Shown here piece after piece: positions 60,362 to 64,000 of a DNA stretch of 64,000 nucleotides. The notes under the pieces are model-generated. The model was given only the letters and a program-made list of their open reading frames with translations. It did no database searches and was not told the DNA's origin. Source of the DNA: Gloeobacterales cyanobacterium (lineage in GTDB: Bacteria; Cyanobacteriota; Cyanobacteriia; Gloeobacterales; PMM-0068). Position numbers and translations under genes: made by a program. Positions within the stretch are counted from its first letter, which is position 1; every line of letters starts with the position of its first letter. The stretch spans positions 1-64,000 of the forward strand of contig JBBRSB010000011.1 of the NCBI GenBank assembly GCA_038245785.1. Reading direction: 5' to 3'.

Positions 60362-60399
60362 AAAATTCGAGTGCTAGGTTCCCTTAGCGCTCGAAATTT
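60362..60399 (+). terminator. Stem-loop downstream of the secreted-protein gene
   Basis: TTCGAGTGCTAGG pairs with CTTAGCGCTCGAA (two G-U pairs). Confidence 0.5.
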
Positions 60400-60530
60400 G
60401 TCAAAAAACGTCTTATTTATTTGATTAATGAGTAAATTTCTGACTTATGAGCAGCTACGCACAACTTTTCAATCTCTAAAAGGAAGATGCTTGCTTCTCA
60501 ATGAAAACCTAATCTGGGGAAATTATTCTA

Positions 60531-62420
60531 ATGATTAATCAAATTCCAGAAAAGCAAATGCACTATGTGCGCTGGCTTTTAACGGTTGCCTGGGCTGTCT
60601 TAATCGGCTCCCTCTTCTATGACCCCATTTCTACTCAATTAACCGATTTCCATACTCTCTGGAGCCCCTTCCATCTCCAGGATGCCTGCATCCCTTTCCA
60701 AGGAAACTGCATGCAGCCTTTGCCCTATTCCATGGGGCCAAGAATTTTCTGGGGGATGGTCCTTCCCAGTGCCATCCTCTTGCTTCTCTTCTTTGGTCAT
60801 GAAGTCTGGAGACGGATCTGCCCTCTCTCGTTCATTGCCCAACTTCCTCGGGCTCTGGGATTGCAGCACAAACGTTTAACGATTAAACCTTTGACTGGAG
60901 AGTTTGCCTATGAACCTGTCAAAGTCAGCAAAGACTCTTGGCTCGGTCGCAACTATCTCTATCTACAGTTTTCTCTTCTATTCCTTGGCCTCAATGTCCG
61001 ACTGCTCTTCGTAAACTCAGACTGTTTAGCCTTAGGCCTCTATTTGGTCGCTACTATCTTATTAGCGATGGGGGTCAACTACTGGTACGGCGGCAAGAGC
61101 TGGTGTCATTACGTTTGCCCTATGGCTCCCGTGCAGATGGTCTATACCGGCCCTAGAGGCTTACTAGGGAGCAAAGCACACCAGGACAAGAAGAATATTA
61201 CCCAATCGATGTGTCGTATCGTGGATGAAAAAGGTAAAGAGAAAAGTGCCTGTGTCGGGTGCAAAGCGACGTGTTTGGATATTGACATTGAGAAGTCCTA
61301 CTGGGAGGACCTGCATCAGCCCGACCGCAAGTTTTTGTACTACGGCTATCTGGGCTTGGTGATTGGTTTCTATCTCTATTTTTTCTTGTATTCCGGCGAT
61401 GCGAACTTTTTTGCGACCGGGGCCTGGAGCGAGATGAACCAGACGGCGACGCTCTTTCAACCTGGCTTTTACATAGCAGGTCATCTGCTGCCGATCCCGA
61501 AATTAATTGCGGTCCCTTTAACGCTATCGGTGTGCACGGGCTTGAGCTATGGCCTGGGCTTGTGGATAGAGACGGTGTACAAAGGGATGACGAAATCTTC
61601 CTCTCAGCAGAAAGCGCAGCGACAAATATTTAGTACTTTTACGCAGGTGCAGCATCGGATTCTGACGACGTTTACGTTTTTGTCATTTCATGTTCTGTAC
61701 TTCTTGGGCATTTATCCCTCCTTAAGTTGGATCTCCTTACCGTTGCAAGAAGCGGTGACCTGGCTAGTGATGATTGCCAGTGCGGCTTGGTTTTATCGGA
61801 CGTTGAAGCGCAGTGCCGAGCAGTACAAGCGGGAGAGTCGGGTGAGCAGTTTGCGACGGAGTTTAGACCAGTTGGCGATAGACTTTCCGCAGGTGTTGGA
61901 GGGCCGCACGCTAGAAGAGCTGGCAGCGGATGAGGTATATATTTTGGGCAAGATTCTGCCGGATTTGATGCGGGATAAGGAATTGCTGGAGGAGGCGTTA
62001 GCGCAAAAGGATGCAGATTTTTCAGCTCAGCGAGAGACTTTAGAAAAAATTAAGCAGGCAGTAGCAAGTAAGCCGTCACAGGTTGTTACTCCTCGGCCTA
62101 CGGCTATCATGTCTCAGGCTAGTGCGCCTCCATCATCTGGCCCCAGTGCCGTTCAATCAGAGCTTTACTCCGCGTTGAACTTAGAAATCGTCCAAGAGGA
62201 ATATTTGTACTTGGATGCTTTGTTGACAGATCTGTTAGGTTCGATAGGTCCGCTGCTATTGCGTCATACGGTTCTGCAGGTATCAAACACTCAAGAGCTA
62301 GTGCAGAAACTAAATCCGCATATCCCCCTGCATCGTTTAGCAGAGTTTCAAGCCAGAACCATGCCCCTTCTCCAAAAAACAACAGTTCAACCCCAAGAGC
62401 ACACCTATTCAAAAACTTAG
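60531..62420 (+). CDS. Polytopic membrane protein with 4Fe-4S-binding (NapH/NosR-like) Cys motifs
   Basis: 'WRRICP', 'WCHYVCP', 'CVGCKATC'; many TM helices; soluble C-terminal tail. Confidence 0.8.
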   Translation: MINQIPEKQMHYVRWLLTVAWAVLIGSLFYDPISTQLTDFHTLWSPFHLQDACIPFQGNCMQPLPYSMGPRIFWGMVLPSAILLLLFFGHEVWRRICPLSFIAQLPRALGLQHKRLTIKPLTGEFAYEPVKVSKDSWLGRNYLYLQFSLLFLGLNVRLLFVNSDCLALGLYLVATILLAMGVNYWYGGKSWCHYVCPMAPVQMVYTGPRGLLGSKAHQDKKNITQSMCRIVDEKGKEKSACVGCKATCLDIDIEKSYWEDLHQPDRKFLYYGYLGLVIGFYLYFFLYSGDANFFATGAWSEMNQTATLFQPGFYIAGHLLPIPKLIAVPLTLSVCTGLSYGLGLWIETVYKGMTKSSSQQKAQRQIFSTFTQVQHRILTTFTFLSFHVLYFLGIYPSLSWISLPLQEAVTWLVMIASAAWFYRTLKRSAEQYKRESRVSSLRRSLDQLAIDFPQVLEGRTLEELAADEVYILGKILPDLMRDKELLEEALAQKDADFSAQRETLEKIKQAVASKPSQVVTPRPTAIMSQASAPPSSGPSAVQSELYSALNLEIVQEEYLYLDALLTDLLGSIGPLLLRHTVLQVSNTQELVQKLNPHIPLHRLAEFQARTMPLLQKTTVQPQEHTYSKT

Positions 62421-62531
62421 GTCGTCTGCCAAGGCTTCTGTATTTTTCTCTAAACTCATTAAGAGTCTCGTAACATTACACCCTAGGCTTTGCCATGCTA
62501 TGCCTTAGAGATATACAGAAGGAATGCTCCT

Positions 62532-63983
62532 ATGGTCTTACCTATCCTCGTTGCCAAAGGCGAACAAGAATGCTTTTTGCTACCTAAGTTAGCAAATCGC
62601 CATGGCCTGATTGCAGGAGCAACTGGGACGGGTAAAACAGTCTCTATTCAGGTATTGGCCGAAAAATTTAGCCGGATGGGTGTACCTGTATTTATGTCTG
62701 ATGTGAAAGGAGACTTTTCGGGGATTAGTCAAGCAGGGAGCGAGAACCCGAAGATTCAAGAGCGCATAGAACAATTAGGACTTGATGATTTCGAGTTTAC
62801 GGCCAGCCCTGTGACCTTTTGGGATGTCTTTGGAGCGCAGGGACATCCCATGCGCGCCACTATCTCAGATATGGGACCCCTACTCCTCAGCCGCCTCCTA
62901 AATCTGAACGATACCCAAACAGGTGTACTGAGCTTGGTTTTTAAGATTGCTGATGATGATGGGTTGTTGCTGATAGACCTGAAAGACCTGCGTTCTATGC
63001 TTAAGTACGTGGGGGACAATGCCAAGGAATTCCAGACTGAGTATGGGACTGTCTCTACCGCTAGTGTTGGCGCTATTCGGCGTGGACTTTTGGCCCTGGA
63101 AGAACAGGGGGGAGACCAATTTTTTGGAGCACCCGCCCTCAATCTTGATGACTTGATCCAGAACGATAGTCAAGGACGGGGCATGATCAATGTCTTGGCG
63201 GCAGACAAACTGATGCACGTTCCCAAGTTGTATTCCACGTTCCTCCTATGGCTGCTCGCTGAACTCTTCGAACGCTTGCCGGAAGTGGGAGATTTGGCAA
63301 AGCCCAAACTCATATTCTTCTTCGATGAAGCCCATTTGCTTTTTGACCAAGCTCCCGAGGCGCTTCAGGAAAAAATCGAACAGGTTGTCCGCCTAATTCG
63401 TTCTAAAGGCGTTGGCGTCTACTTTATTAGTCAAAATCCAACCGATATTCCAGATACCGTATTGGGACAATTGGGTAACCGCATCCAACACGCGCTACGA
63501 GCCTTTAACCCCCGCGACCAGAAGGCGATCAAGGCCGCAGCGCAAACCTTCCGCAGCAACCCGAAGTTGAAGGTAGAAACAGCAATCACAGAACTTGAAG
63601 TCGGGGAAGCGCTGGTTTCTTTTCTCGATGACAAGGGTACGCCAGGAGTGGTGGAACGCGCTTTTATCTGTCCGCCCCAAGGGAAAATTGGTGCGATTAC
63701 TCCGGAACAACGCCAGCAAATTATTCAACAGTCCTTAGTCTATGGACATTACGAAAAAGAGGTCGACCGCGAGTCAGCCTACGAGCTGCTGAAGGTGCGC
63801 GCTGAACAAACGGCTCAAGCGGAGGCAGCAGCGGAAACTGTTAACCAGAAGCAATCGAAGAGCCGTCAACCGGATGATATCTGGGCATCAATGGCCAAGA
63901 GTGCAGCCCGTGCAGCCAGCAGTCAAGCGGGCCGCCAGATTGTTCGGGGCATTTTGGGTTCTATCTTTTGGGGCCGTCGTTAG
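62532..63983 (+). CDS. DUF853 / HerA-like ATPase (YjgR family)
   Basis: '[16 protein letters not shown]', 'DVKGD', '[10 protein letters not shown]', '[12 protein letters not shown]', '[13 protein letters not shown]'. Start set at ATG 62532. Confidence 0.92.
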   Translation: MVLPILVAKGEQECFLLPKLANRHGLIAGATGTGKTVSIQVLAEKFSRMGVPVFMSDVKGDFSGISQAGSENPKIQERIEQLGLDDFEFTASPVTFWDVFGAQGHPMRATISDMGPLLLSRLLNLNDTQTGVLSLVFKIADDDGLLLIDLKDLRSMLKYVGDNAKEFQTEYGTVSTASVGAIRRGLLALEEQGGDQFFGAPALNLDDLIQNDSQGRGMINVLAADKLMHVPKLYSTFLLWLLAELFERLPEVGDLAKPKLIFFFDEAHLLFDQAPEALQEKIEQVVRLIRSKGVGVYFISQNPTDIPDTVLGQLGNRIQHALRAFNPRDQKAIKAAAQTFRSNPKLKVETAITELEVGEALVSFLDDKGTPGVVERAFICPPQGKIGAITPEQRQQIIQQSLVYGHYEKEVDRESAYELLKVRAEQTAQAEAAAETVNQKQSKSRQPDDIWASMAKSAARAASSQAGRQIVRGILGSIFWGRR

Positions 63984-64000
63984 CAAACGCTATTTGGCTA

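Overview
Chromosomal window from a cyanobacterium (light-dependent por, PAM68, cpcS-type lyase, solanesyl diphosphate synthase, PSII-associated S4 protein). I saw no HIP1 (GCGATCGC) octamers by eye, which would fit a HIP1-poor lineage such as Gloeobacterales; this placement is inference only. Most genes are housekeeping: gcvP, gcvT, hisIE, hisA, lepA, aroF, sbcC, speA, nadC, rlmH. The standout is a tightly coupled five-gene minus-strand operon (25502-28830). It encodes a Gly/Pro-rich protein with a twin-arginine leader carrying a YxxPxI motif, a Tat-type L,D-transpeptidase, a stand-alone PqqD/RRE protein, an HprK-like kinase and a nucleotidyltransferase. This is a candidate RiPP-like protein modification and cell-wall anchoring system with no lasso cyclase or peptidase in the window. 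Other accessory features: a deletion junction fusing a 5'-truncated higB head-to-head with a start-less Rpn/DUF2887 gene that keeps a candidate internal start; an orphan histidine kinase with a response-regulator stub beside an RTX/type I secretion cluster; a RAYT remnant with a REP palindrome; a divergent sigma factor; an unlisted 36-aa membrane ORF; and a candidate small transcription unit. I recognised no rRNA, tRNA or CRISPR array. All family calls come from motif recognition, not database searches.
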